Shown: positions 41,512-50,133 of the stretch, piece after piece | Numbering within the stretch: the stretch's first letter is position 1 | Layout of the letters: every line of letters starts with the position of its first letter | DNA from: a bacterium | Lineage (GTDB): Bacteria; Zhuqueibacterota; Zhuqueibacteria; Residuimicrobiales; Krinioviventaceae | Length of the DNA: 64,000 bases | Direction of reading: 5' to 3' | Assembly: GCA_963675755.2 (NCBI GenBank) | Contig: CAXXMD010000002.1 | Coordinates: forward strand, 2,208,001-2,272,000 | Translations under genes and position numbers: made by a program | The notes under the pieces: model-generated | Database searches by the model: none | The model's input: the letters and a program-made list of their open reading frames with translations, nothing else | What the model was told of the DNA's origin: nothing

Positions 41512-42942
41512 CTAGTAAGATTTTCCAACCAGCACCCGCTGTTCGGATGGCTTGCCGCAAACAATACATGATCCGCTCTCTTTTTCTCCATCAACAGGTA
41601 TCAAGCGTATTGTAGCTTTGGAAGTTTCCTGGAATTGATTTTCACATTCAGGTGAACCACACCAGTGGACCCAGAAAAAACCGCCCGGATCTTCGATACG
41701 TGTTTTGAATGCTTCAAAATCATCCTCATTAAATGTATTTTCCTCACGGAATTTCTTTGCGCGGTTGTACATGTCTTTTTGCATCTGTTCAAGTTCAGAC
41801 TGAATATGTTCCAAAAGTCCATCCTGAGATACAAATGTCTTTTCACCCGTATCTCTACGTACCAGAACAACCTGGTTATTTTCAAGATCTTTGGGACCCA
41901 TTTCAAGACGAATAGGCACACCGCGTTTTTCCCATTCATTGAATTTAAAACCGGGACGATATTGATCTCTATCATCAATTTTAAAACGGACTTTGCCTTT
42001 CCAGTCCGCGGTCAACTCTGCAATGCGTGCTTTTAGATTGGCCATATCTTCATCTGATCGCCAGATCGGAATCAACACCACTTCAATCGGTGCCAGACGT
42101 GGAGGAACAACAAGCCCATTATCATCACTATGGGTCATGATCAATGCACCAATCAATCGGGTAGATACACCCCAGCTTGTTGCATAAACATGCTGCTGCT
42201 GGCCATTCTCATCCTGAAAAGTTACATCAAACGCTTTGGCAAAATTCTGACCCAAATTATGTGAAGTACCTGCCTGCAGGGCTTTTTTATCCTGCATCAT
42301 GGCTTCAATACAATAAGTCTCTTTTGCACCGGCAAACTTTTCACTATCTGTTTTAACACCAACCAATACCGGTGCAGCCAGATATTCTTCAGCAAATTCA
42401 CGGTACACATCGATCATTTTCAATGTTTCTTCCTGAGCTTCTGTAGCTGTGGCATGCGCGGTATGGCCTTCCTGCCATAAAAATTCAGTGGTACGTAAAA
42501 ACAAACGGGTCCGCATTTCCCAACGTACCACATTGGCCCACTGGTTGATCAATATTGGCAAATCACGATACGATTGTATCCATTTCTTATAGGTGGACCA
42601 GATAATGGTCTCTGATGTTGGGCGAACAACCAGAGGTTCTTCAAGCTTTTTGCCGCCGCCATGTGTTACCACAGCAGTTTCCGGGGCAAATCCCTCTACG
42701 TGTTCTGCCTCTTTTTTCAAATAACTTTCCGGTATAAACATGGGGAAATACGCGTTCACGTGACCGGTTTCTTTGAACATTTTATCGAGCTGCGCTTGAA
42801 TATTTTCCCACAGCGCATACCCGTTGGGTTTGATCACCATACAGCCCTTGACAGCAGAATGTTCTGCCAGGTCTGCGGCTTGAATAACATCAAGATACCA
42901 TCGCGAATAATCTTCTGATCGTTTGGTTAAACCTTTTGCCAT
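41512..42942 (-). CDS. proS: Proline--tRNA ligase (archaeal/eukaryotic type)
   Basis: [38 protein letters not shown]-terminal zinc site ending KSY. Confidence 0.97.
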   Translation of the reverse strand: MAKGLTKRSEDYSRWYLDVIQAADLAEHSAVKGCMVIKPNGYALWENIQAQLDKMFKETGHVNAYFPMFIPESYLKKEAEHVEGFAPETAVVTHGGGKKLEEPLVVRPTSETIIWSTYKKWIQSYRDLPILINQWANVVRWEMRTRLFLRTTEFLWQEGHTAHATATEAQEETLKMIDVYREFAEEYLAAPVLVGVKTDSEKFAGAKETYCIEAMMQDKKALQAGTSHNLGQNFAKAFDVTFQDENGQQQHVYATSWGVSTRLIGALIMTHSDDNGLVVPPRLAPIEVVLIPIWRSDEDMANLKARIAELTADWKGKVRFKIDDRDQYRPGFKFNEWEKRGVPIRLEMGPKDLENNQVVLVRRDTGEKTFVSQDGLLEHIQSELEQMQKDMYNRAKKFREENTFNEDDFEAFKTRIEDPGGFFWVHWCGSPECENQFQETSKATIRLIPVDGEKESGSCIVCGKPSEQRVLVGKSY

Positions 42943-42973
42943 AATACATCTTCCTGATTTCTGTATATTTTAA

Positions 42974-43834
42974 CTATTCCTGATTACAATGATCTATAAC
43001 GCGTTTTGCATTCACATAGCATAAATTCTGGTCTTGAATACCTTCAAAACAATACAACTCACGAAAAGTCTGAATCCGGCCATTATGCTTTTCAATTACA
43101 TCCACCAAAGCGCCATGCGGGCAATGCAGACATGTATCACTTTGATTTTCAAAACGGGTAGCCGTTTGCCGGGCTACCAACGCGCGGCTGTTGTTCCATG
43201 TTTGCTTACCGGACCGATACTCAAAATCTACATGCCAGATCTTGTCGAACAATATCCTGCCCTTGTCCAGTGCAAACTTGCCTTTGGCTTCAAACTGGTC
43301 ACCGGCAGCAAATCTTAACCGGTCTTGCTGGTTCGGTGAAATATGAACATAAAAAAAGTCATCAATTCCGGTTTGGCCAATAAATCCATTTTGAATGATC
43401 AACAGATATCCATCAAGTCTTATCTGACCGCCTTTTCCATAGACCTGCTTCTTGAATCTGGGCTTAATTGTTACAATTTCACACCAGATATCCATTTCAC
43501 GATTCTGGTATTCGCTTACCCAATCATTAAATTCTTCAACCTCTTGCAAAAACAACTCAAACTCTTGTTTTTCCACCTTGATGCGAGGTTGATAATTTAT
43601 TTTTTCATCCTCATAGTGCGCGCAGCCTTCACACAATCGCCCAACATAATTATAGCCGCGTACACACGATTTTCCGCGGTCCTTGAGTCTGCACGACCAT
43701 TTAAAAATAATACAGCCCTGGGGATAACATTTTTTCTGCTGCATAACATGATACGCTGACACGCGGTGCTCAAAACGTTCATGTCCTTTGTAATTACATA
43801 TAAATATATCAGTTCGTTTTAATGGATTTCTCAT
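42974..43834 (-). CDS. Cys/His-rich hypothetical protein
   Basis: N-terminal and C-terminal Cys clusters flank a beta-rich middle region. Confidence 0.7.
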   Translation of the reverse strand: MRNPLKRTDIFICNYKGHERFEHRVSAYHVMQQKKCYPQGCIIFKWSCRLKDRGKSCVRGYNYVGRLCEGCAHYEDEKINYQPRIKVEKQEFELFLQEVEEFNDWVSEYQNREMDIWCEIVTIKPRFKKQVYGKGGQIRLDGYLLIIQNGFIGQTGIDDFFYVHISPNQQDRLRFAAGDQFEAKGKFALDKGRILFDKIWHVDFEYRSGKQTWNNSRALVARQTATRFENQSDTCLHCPHGALVDVIEKHNGRIQTFRELYCFEGIQDQNLCYVNAKRVIDHCNQE

Positions 43835-43942
43835 AAACGCTCATAAAAATATTAAATAATATAATTACACTGGTATTGATAAGCAAGAAAATAATAAGGG
43901 ATTTATGGCATGTAATGTATTGGATATATTTTCAGATAAATT

Positions 43943-43968
43943 AAAAAAAAGGCGCTTAAAAAGCGCCT
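43943..43968 (-). terminator. Intrinsic terminator after PTS IIB
   Basis: A-tract, GGCGCTT-AAA-AAGCGCC stem, abutting the stop codon. Confidence 0.75.
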
Positions 43969-44456
43969 CATTCTTTTTCCAATTCGAGAGAATCAGCTAT
44001 ATCGATAGGTGGACGTGTGGGTACGTCCCTGCCTTCAAGATAGATTTTCTTTTTGTATAAAATACTAAAATTTTCAATATCATTTTGATCGACAAAAATA
44101 AATGGGGTGATCTGGTTTTTGCCTGGTTTGAAATGCATTCCACCCACATTCACTTCTTTGATATCCACACCGGCATTTACCAGATCTACAATTGTTTTAG
44201 GTGAATCAACCAGCATTAAAACACGTTCTTGCACAAATTCATTTGCGTTCAAAGCATTAATGGTTTCTTCAAGCGTTAAAACAGATGCAGCTATTTCCGG
44301 GGGAACTGCAGACAAGTAAATTTTCCGCTGCCAATCGGAATTTGCGACTTCATCGCTGCACAATAAAATCCGTTGCGGTTTCAAAACATCTCTCCAGCCA
44401 ACAACGACCTGGCCGTGAATCAGTCGGTCATCAATTCTTACCTGTACCAGTGGCAT
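43968..44456 (-). CDS. PTS mannose/sorbose-family IIB component
   Basis: RIDDRLIHGQV, VNVGGMH. Confidence 0.93.
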   Translation of the reverse strand: MPLVQVRIDDRLIHGQVVVGWRDVLKPQRILLCSDEVANSDWQRKIYLSAVPPEIAASVLTLEETINALNANEFVQERVLMLVDSPKTIVDLVNAGVDIKEVNVGGMHFKPGKNQITPFIFVDQNDIENFSILYKKKIYLEGRDVPTRPPIDIADSLELEKE

Positions 44457-44490
44457 TACTTACTCTCCATATTCTGTTTATTTTTCATTA

Positions 44491-44877
44491 TTATTTCAAT
44501 GTTGTTATACCGCGCAATCCATCATTTATTATCTCTTCTACCAATTCATCCAGAGAATAAGTTTCTCGTTTAGTAACAAAAGACAATATCATGGGTAAAT
44601 TTACGCCGGAAACAACCCGAACATTCTGATAATTCATTGCAATACCTGCTGAAACATTCCAGGTACTGCCACCTTTAAGGCAAGCCATTATAACCAGTCC
44701 ATCCTGCTGTTCGTGTGGTGCCTTGACAATTGCCAACAGTCGGTGATTAATTTCTTCCAATGTCATATCGGTCACTGAAAGCGCGTGCAAGCCTTCGTCC
44801 ATTCCAATAATATTACGGACCGCTTCTATCAAAGCACTGCCCATGGGTCCGTGTGTAATTAATGCTGCATGTTTCAT
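44491..44877 (-). CDS. PTS mannose/fructose-family IIA component
   Basis: ITHG phospho-His, GGSTWN, SGVNLPM. Confidence 0.9.
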   Translation of the reverse strand: MKHAALITHGPMGSALIEAVRNIIGMDEGLHALSVTDMTLEEINHRLLAIVKAPHEQQDGLVIMACLKGGSTWNVSAGIAMNYQNVRVVSGVNLPMILSFVTKRETYSLDELVEEIINDGLRGITTLK

Positions 44878-44885
44878 AATTTATT

Positions 44886-45863
44886 CTAACTCCGGTTTTG
44901 GTTCTGCATCTTTTGGATCAATCGTTCATTAAATTCCTTGGCCGGATGCTCGCCATGTTGCTTGAGTTGGTGATTCATTGCAACAACTTCTGCAATTACC
45001 GTAATATTCTTACCCGGAAAGATAGGAAGCTCAACAAGAGGCAGTTCAACATCAAGAATTTTTACGGTCTTGTCTTCTACTCCTGAACGTTCGTATTCGC
45101 GGTTTTCATCCCACAATTCCAGTTTAATTACCACATCAATATTTTTATTGCCGCGAATCCCTCTAATTCCAAACATTCTGCGTACATCGATAATACCCAA
45201 GCCACGTATTTCCATATGGTGGGTCAATATTTCACTTGGGGCGCCCTGTAATACATTTGTAGCCATTTTGGTTATGTAAACAGCATCGTCTGCCACAAGC
45301 TGGTGCCCGCGTTCAATCAGGTCGAGCGTTAACTCGCTCTTTCCAATAGCACTGGGACCGGTTATCAGCATACCTACACCATATACATCGATCAAAGATC
45401 CATGCACCAATATATATGGGGCAAATGTGCGATTAAGATATTCACTGAGATAATACGTAACAGTAGTTGTACTAAGGGGGGTTGAAAAGATGGTTATGGC
45501 ATTATTATTGGCAATTTCTACAAGTTCATCCGGTATTCGGTTATCGTTGGTAACAATAATACATGGCAGGTCAAATCCCAAAACTGTAGATATGGCGTGC
45601 ATTCTGGCTTCTCCGTGCAGGGTATTCAAATACCCTATTTCCGTATTCCCCATAATCTGGAGGCGCCAATATGTAAAAACCTCAACAAAGCCGCTTAGGG
45701 CCAAACCCGGTCTGTGTAGTTCCTGCTCTTTAATTTTTCGAATAAAGCTGGCTTCGTTATTTATGATTGACAATGATAATTTTTCAGAATTATCAAGGTA
45801 CAACTCTTCAACTGTAATAAAAGGCCTGACTTTGGGTTCACTATCAAGAATGGAATCAATCAA
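44886..45863 (-). CDS. hprK: HPr kinase/phosphorylase
   Basis: RPGLALSG, HG....YG.G..ITGPSAIGKSE, LVADD, EIRGLGII. Confidence 0.96.
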   Translation of the reverse strand: MIDSILDSEPKVRPFITVEELYLDNSEKLSLSIINNEASFIRKIKEQELHRPGLALSGFVEVFTYWRLQIMGNTEIGYLNTLHGEARMHAISTVLGFDLPCIIVTNDNRIPDELVEIANNNAITIFSTPLSTTTVTYYLSEYLNRTFAPYILVHGSLIDVYGVGMLITGPSAIGKSELTLDLIERGHQLVADDAVYITKMATNVLQGAPSEILTHHMEIRGLGIIDVRRMFGIRGIRGNKNIDVVIKLELWDENREYERSGVEDKTVKILDVELPLVELPIFPGKNITVIAEVVAMNHQLKQHGEHPAKEFNERLIQKMQNQNRS

Positions 45864-45914
45864 CGCTTGTACATCTCCATTTAAAATGTGCTTTATTCAG
45901 CCGGGCGAAAACGC

Positions 45915-45944
45915 CCCTGGCAAAGACCCTGGTCTTTGCCAGGG
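45915..45944. terminator. Perfect inverted repeat right after hpf (stabiliser or terminator)
   Basis: CCCTGGCAAAGACC-CT-GGTCTTTGCCAGGG, no U-tract. Confidence 0.55.
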
Positions 45945-45949
45945 TATCA

Positions 45950-46270
45950 TTATTCTTCAAACTTTTCTACAATTTTTTCTTTGTCAAAATGTCTGATTTT
46001 TTCTTTATATTTTACTATATTCCGTTCTAGGGTATCCACCGCCAGTGTTATGGATTTATACATATCCTCGCTGCGGGTCACAACAGGTATACGGGTACCG
46101 TACACCTTGGCAATTATTTCAGCAACTTGCTCCTGCTTAATATAATCCAAAATTATTTCTACATCAAGTATTCCGTCATAATACTTTTTCAATCTGGTAA
46201 CTTCTTCGGTAGCGAATTCTTTTAATCGGTCCGATGGCTTAAAATGCCTGGCAGTGAAAGAAACTCTCAT
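45950..46270 (-). CDS. hpf: Ribosome hibernation factor (short HPF/RaiA)
   Basis: TARHF, DMYKSI..AVD.LER; upstream of hprK. Confidence 0.9.
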   Translation of the reverse strand: MRVSFTARHFKPSDRLKEFATEEVTRLKKYYDGILDVEIILDYIKQEQVAEIIAKVYGTRIPVVTRSEDMYKSITLAVDTLERNIVKYKEKIRHFDKEKIVEKFEE

Positions 46271-46345
46271 ATGTTACCTCCTTAATTTAATATAAATAAT
46301 CAAAAAAAACAAATTGCCAGACGATTCAAATCCTCCTATTTTAAT

Positions 46346-47281
46346 TTATTTTTCATTAGCCCTGGGATGGGCCTGTTTATAAATGCGTTTCAAATGTTCG
46401 GCTGATACATGTGTGTAAATTTCTGTGGTTCCCAAATTTGAATGGCCCAATAATTCTTTAACAGACATTAAATCGGCTCCGGAATCCAACAAATGAGTTG
46501 CAAATGTATGCCGCAATGAATGCGGATGCGCTTTTTCTGTATCTGCTACTTTTTTAATATAATTTTGAACAATTGTTGCGACTTGCTGTCTGGTAAAAGG
46601 CTCCTTTTTTTCTTTAACAAATAAATAGCGGTTATATTCCTGTTTTACAGAGTCTTGCACTTCTATTTGCTGCAAATACCGGCGTATATCCTCAATTACG
46701 ATACCGGGCAGGGGTAAAACTCTTTTTTTATTACCTTTACCTAATACGGTGAGTGTGCCGCTATTCAGGTTCACATCACTTGTTTTAATATTGATCAACT
46801 CACTTACGCGGATACCTGTTGCATAAAACAATTCCAGAATTAAATAATCCCGTAATCCTTCAAAAGTCTCTACATCCGGTAAACTCAATAACGCCTTTAC
46901 TTCTGATTTTGTCATAAAAGACGGCAATTTTTTATCCAGCTTGGGAGAAGCAATATTTGCAACAGGATTCGCCTCAAGCACACCCTTTCTTACCAAATAC
47001 CGGGCAAACATCCGTAACGCGGAAAGTTTTCTACCGGTACTGCGAGCCGAATATTTTTCTTTCAACAGTTCAGACAAAAAACCCCGCACTATAGCTTTTG
47101 TAAAATGTTCAGTTGCAAAAAGTTCGTCTGTAGAATAACGGTCTTTTAAAAAGCTGACATAATGATTTAAATCACGTCCATATGCTGCTATAGTATTTGC
47201 AGAACTGCGTCGTTCAACTTGCAAATGATGTAAAAATTGAGGAATCCAGTTTTCTAATTTTTGTTTTTCCATCGTCATCAC
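46346..47281 (-). CDS. xerC: Tyrosine recombinase XerC
   Basis: YATGIRVSEL, GKGNKKR, HPHSLRH, LLGH, TEIYTH, HPRA; topA-xerC order. Confidence 0.88.
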   Translation of the reverse strand: MMTMEKQKLENWIPQFLHHLQVERRSSANTIAAYGRDLNHYVSFLKDRYSTDELFATEHFTKAIVRGFLSELLKEKYSARSTGRKLSALRMFARYLVRKGVLEANPVANIASPKLDKKLPSFMTKSEVKALLSLPDVETFEGLRDYLILELFYATGIRVSELINIKTSDVNLNSGTLTVLGKGNKKRVLPLPGIVIEDIRRYLQQIEVQDSVKQEYNRYLFVKEKKEPFTRQQVATIVQNYIKKVADTEKAHPHSLRHTFATHLLDSGADLMSVKELLGHSNLGTTEIYTHVSAEHLKRIYKQAHPRANEK

Positions 47282-49455
47282 TTTTCGCTGATCACCGAAA
47301 TAAACTGGTTATCGTACAGATGATTACATTTAGGGCATTGATAGCCTTTGTGGCCCTCTGTCAAATCGTGTTCGACAAGATACCGGTTTCCGCAATTACG
47401 GCATAACATATTTACCGGTTTTTTCCACGCGGCAAAAGAACAATCAGGATACCTGCTGCATCCAAAAAACAATCGTCCTTTTGATTGTCTCTCTACTATT
47501 TTGCCGTCACATCCTTCAACAGGGCAAAAGATGTTGAGTGTGTAGGCTTTGGTAAAATCACATTTGGGATACCGGGTGCAAGCCAGAAACCTTCCATATT
47601 GTCCCTCTCTGACTGTTAGCGGTGCTCCACAAATCTCGCAAATTTCTTTTTCTTCTCTCTCATCAGCCTTATATATATATACGCAGCTTGCCGGGTAATG
47701 TTCACAAATTATTTTATTATCGTCACCGTGTATCAACTTGCCTCCGCACAACGGACAGACACTTTTTCCATCTGCGCCAGATGTTACAGGAGCTTGAACA
47801 GATCCGCCATGTTCAAAAAGTTTGCTGTAACTGTTAATAAACACCTCAACTTTTTGTTTACCAGACGCCACAGTTCGGATCGAATTATCCAGCTGCAAAA
47901 CTATACCTGTATTGATATAGCCTGAATACTTTAATAACAAGGCATTTATGGCATAAAATCCCTTTGCTGAAGGATAAAGTCCGGATCTCTTTCTTTCCAG
48001 CATTTGAATTGCAAAAAGCATGCCCGAATGATATAAATATTCGTAAATAGAACCTGCCCCGGATGCAAGCCACAAATGCAGCATTTCCGATTCAGTATAA
48101 CGGTTTGATATTTCGGACTGATGGGTTTGAATATCAAAATCCACAACCTCAAGTGTTTTACCGGTGTTCCAGGTATCCGGAATTTTCACATCTTCCTGAG
48201 CTTTTGATTTTTCGGAAAGAACCTGTCGAAATCCCCGAAACAGATCTGTTTCATATTCATACTCGCAAATACAAGGATCTTTTTTGTCATCGATTACAGT
48301 TATAGTCCTTGTTTCTGAAACAGATTTGGTCATTTGCGATGCAATATAACGGTGCCAAATCATTGAATAAATTTCGTATTGCGGTTCGGTCAGGTGTTTT
48401 TTGAGCTTGCGTGGAGTCAATCGCAAATCGAGTGGGCGAATAGCCTCCCCTTCCGGATGATGTTTGTTTTGCTTGTAAGCGCGTTGCGGCAGGTAATCTG
48501 TTCCATAATTGTTATAAATATATTCCCTCAACTCTGCAATACTTTCAGGTTTAACATAATCAGAAACAGAGAGAAAGTACGATATCAAACTTATGGGTTC
48601 GTCTCCACCAAGTCTTATACCTTTATACAACACTTGAAGAATTTTAATAACTTTTGACACAGAGTATTTGATCTGGGCATCTGCCAAAAGAGACTGCGTT
48701 GTATAGGGCTTGGGAGGCTGTGTTTGGGTTTGCCGGGTTTGGATGTTTTGAATTTTAAACTCACCATCTTTGATCTGAGAGACCATGGCTTTTGCGAGTT
48801 GAATGTTTCTTACATCCTGTTCTTCTTTTCCAATCTTGATAAGACTAAATTCTAAATTCTTTTTCCCCCTGACTTTGAAACGAATAGATATTTCAAAATG
48901 TCGGTGTGTCTTTTCGCTTTCAACCTCAGTTTCTTTTTCATATAAAAAGCGTAAAAGCAGTGCCTGTTTAATGTGGGTAATTTCTTTAATTCCCTCAACC
49001 GCTTTTAATTTAGAAAATTCATTCTGCAATAAACGGTTTGCCCAATAATCTGCGCATTCCGCATAAAACAAATCAGGGGTAACAGCCTTAATTTTTTTTA
49101 ATTCATTATTCAGATATAGGGCGGTATTCTGATGCATCTTTACTCTGACGATCTTTTTATAACTACCGTCAAACAATAATGCAAGCAATCCCGTTAAAAA
49201 ATCACTATCATCTCCGGGATCTACAACCAGAACAATTGTATGAAAAGGTTTAGCAAAATCTAAAAGAGGTGTGAATATATCCAACGCCGAATCGAGCAAT
49301 CTTACAGATTGGTTCGAAAAATCGACATTCTGTTTTATGAATTCATTACGATCTAATTTTTTCAAGAGCTTGTAATCCCGAAAAACCGTAAATCCATTCA
49401 TTGTAAACAGATCGTAACGGTTTTTAGAATCAACAACAACAAGCTTTTTTTGCAT
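47278..49455 (-). CDS. Divergent type IA topoisomerase (TopA) homologue with degenerate catalytic motifs and intact zinc ribbons
   Basis: PPKPYTTQSL, LYKG, EAIRP, Y.MIWHRYIASQM, RYTE, four C4 zinc ribbons; between smg and xerC. Confidence 0.8.
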   Translation of the reverse strand: MQKKLVVVDSKNRYDLFTMNGFTVFRDYKLLKKLDRNEFIKQNVDFSNQSVRLLDSALDIFTPLLDFAKPFHTIVLVVDPGDDSDFLTGLLALLFDGSYKKIVRVKMHQNTALYLNNELKKIKAVTPDLFYAECADYWANRLLQNEFSKLKAVEGIKEITHIKQALLLRFLYEKETEVESEKTHRHFEISIRFKVRGKKNLEFSLIKIGKEEQDVRNIQLAKAMVSQIKDGEFKIQNIQTRQTQTQPPKPYTTQSLLADAQIKYSVSKVIKILQVLYKGIRLGGDEPISLISYFLSVSDYVKPESIAELREYIYNNYGTDYLPQRAYKQNKHHPEGEAIRPLDLRLTPRKLKKHLTEPQYEIYSMIWHRYIASQMTKSVSETRTITVIDDKKDPCICEYEYETDLFRGFRQVLSEKSKAQEDVKIPDTWNTGKTLEVVDFDIQTHQSEISNRYTESEMLHLWLASGAGSIYEYLYHSGMLFAIQMLERKRSGLYPSAKGFYAINALLLKYSGYINTGIVLQLDNSIRTVASGKQKVEVFINSYSKLFEHGGSVQAPVTSGADGKSVCPLCGGKLIHGDDNKIICEHYPASCVYIYKADEREEKEICEICGAPLTVREGQYGRFLACTRYPKCDFTKAYTLNIFCPVEGCDGKIVERQSKGRLFFGCSRYPDCSFAAWKKPVNMLCRNCGNRYLVEHDLTEGHKGYQCPKCNHLYDNQFISVISEK

Positions 49456-49493
49456 AAATATCCCTGAGCCTAAAAGGGGGATTTCAGGAGAAA

Positions 49494-49961
49494 TCAGTGT
49501 GGCAGCATGTTGGAATTAAACTGGAAATAACCATCAGAAGCACTGTTTTCAAAATCCAATACTACCGCGGCAATCAAGTCCTGCATTTCTCTTACATCAA
49601 TACTTGCAAGCTGCAAGCTTACTGCACGCTCTATGATCTGCTCCATCATATCGTCAGTAACCAGTTCCAGTTCACGCAATTGAAACAGGTACCCATATGC
49701 CTCGGGAGAGATGATCTCTTTTTCAATTTCATTCAACTCTCTCCAGATTGCCCGGGGAACATCCGAAGGGTGCCCTTGTATGATCCGGTCTATACTTTCC
49801 CCATGGTTCAATAACCATGACATGGCCGTAGAGATCTCTTCATCACTAAAGCCCTGTTCCGATAATATATCTAAAATCAATTGTAAATCTATTTCTCCAA
49901 AAGCGTTGTCACGAATCTCTTTCATCACAAAACTCAGGATATCCAAAAACCTTTTGTTCAT
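49494..49961 (-). CDS. smg: Smg/DUF494 family protein
   Basis: LSEQGFSDEEISTAMSWL, SPEAYGYL, EQIIERA; upstream of topA-like gene. Confidence 0.85.
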   Translation of the reverse strand: MNKRFLDILSFVMKEIRDNAFGEIDLQLILDILSEQGFSDEEISTAMSWLLNHGESIDRIIQGHPSDVPRAIWRELNEIEKEIISPEAYGYLFQLRELELVTDDMMEQIIERAVSLQLASIDVREMQDLIAAVVLDFENSASDGYFQFNSNMLPH

Positions 49962-50133
49962 CCAGGTTCACTCCGCGTGCTTGTTTCATTATCCGAATAT
50001 ACACTTTTTTCATACAAATGCAAGTGATTGTTCTGGCATTTTTTCATCAACAACAGAACGATCACAAGCAATCGCATAAAAAGCAATATTTCAATCTTGA
50101 CCTTTGTGTATCAGTAACACAAATTTATTCTCA

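Noticed and set aside
41512-42942. Archaeal/eukaryotic-type ProRS as recent horizontal transfer
   Set aside because: This type is common in many bacterial phyla and its composition matches the host.
46346-47281. Tyrosine recombinase as a prophage or island integrase
   Set aside because: XerC-type sequence in housekeeping topA-xerC-hpf context with no att site or cargo.
47278-49455. Calling the topA-like gene a pseudogene
   Set aside because: The reading frame is intact for 725 aa with conserved zinc ribbons and coupling to xerC; reported as a divergent CDS instead.
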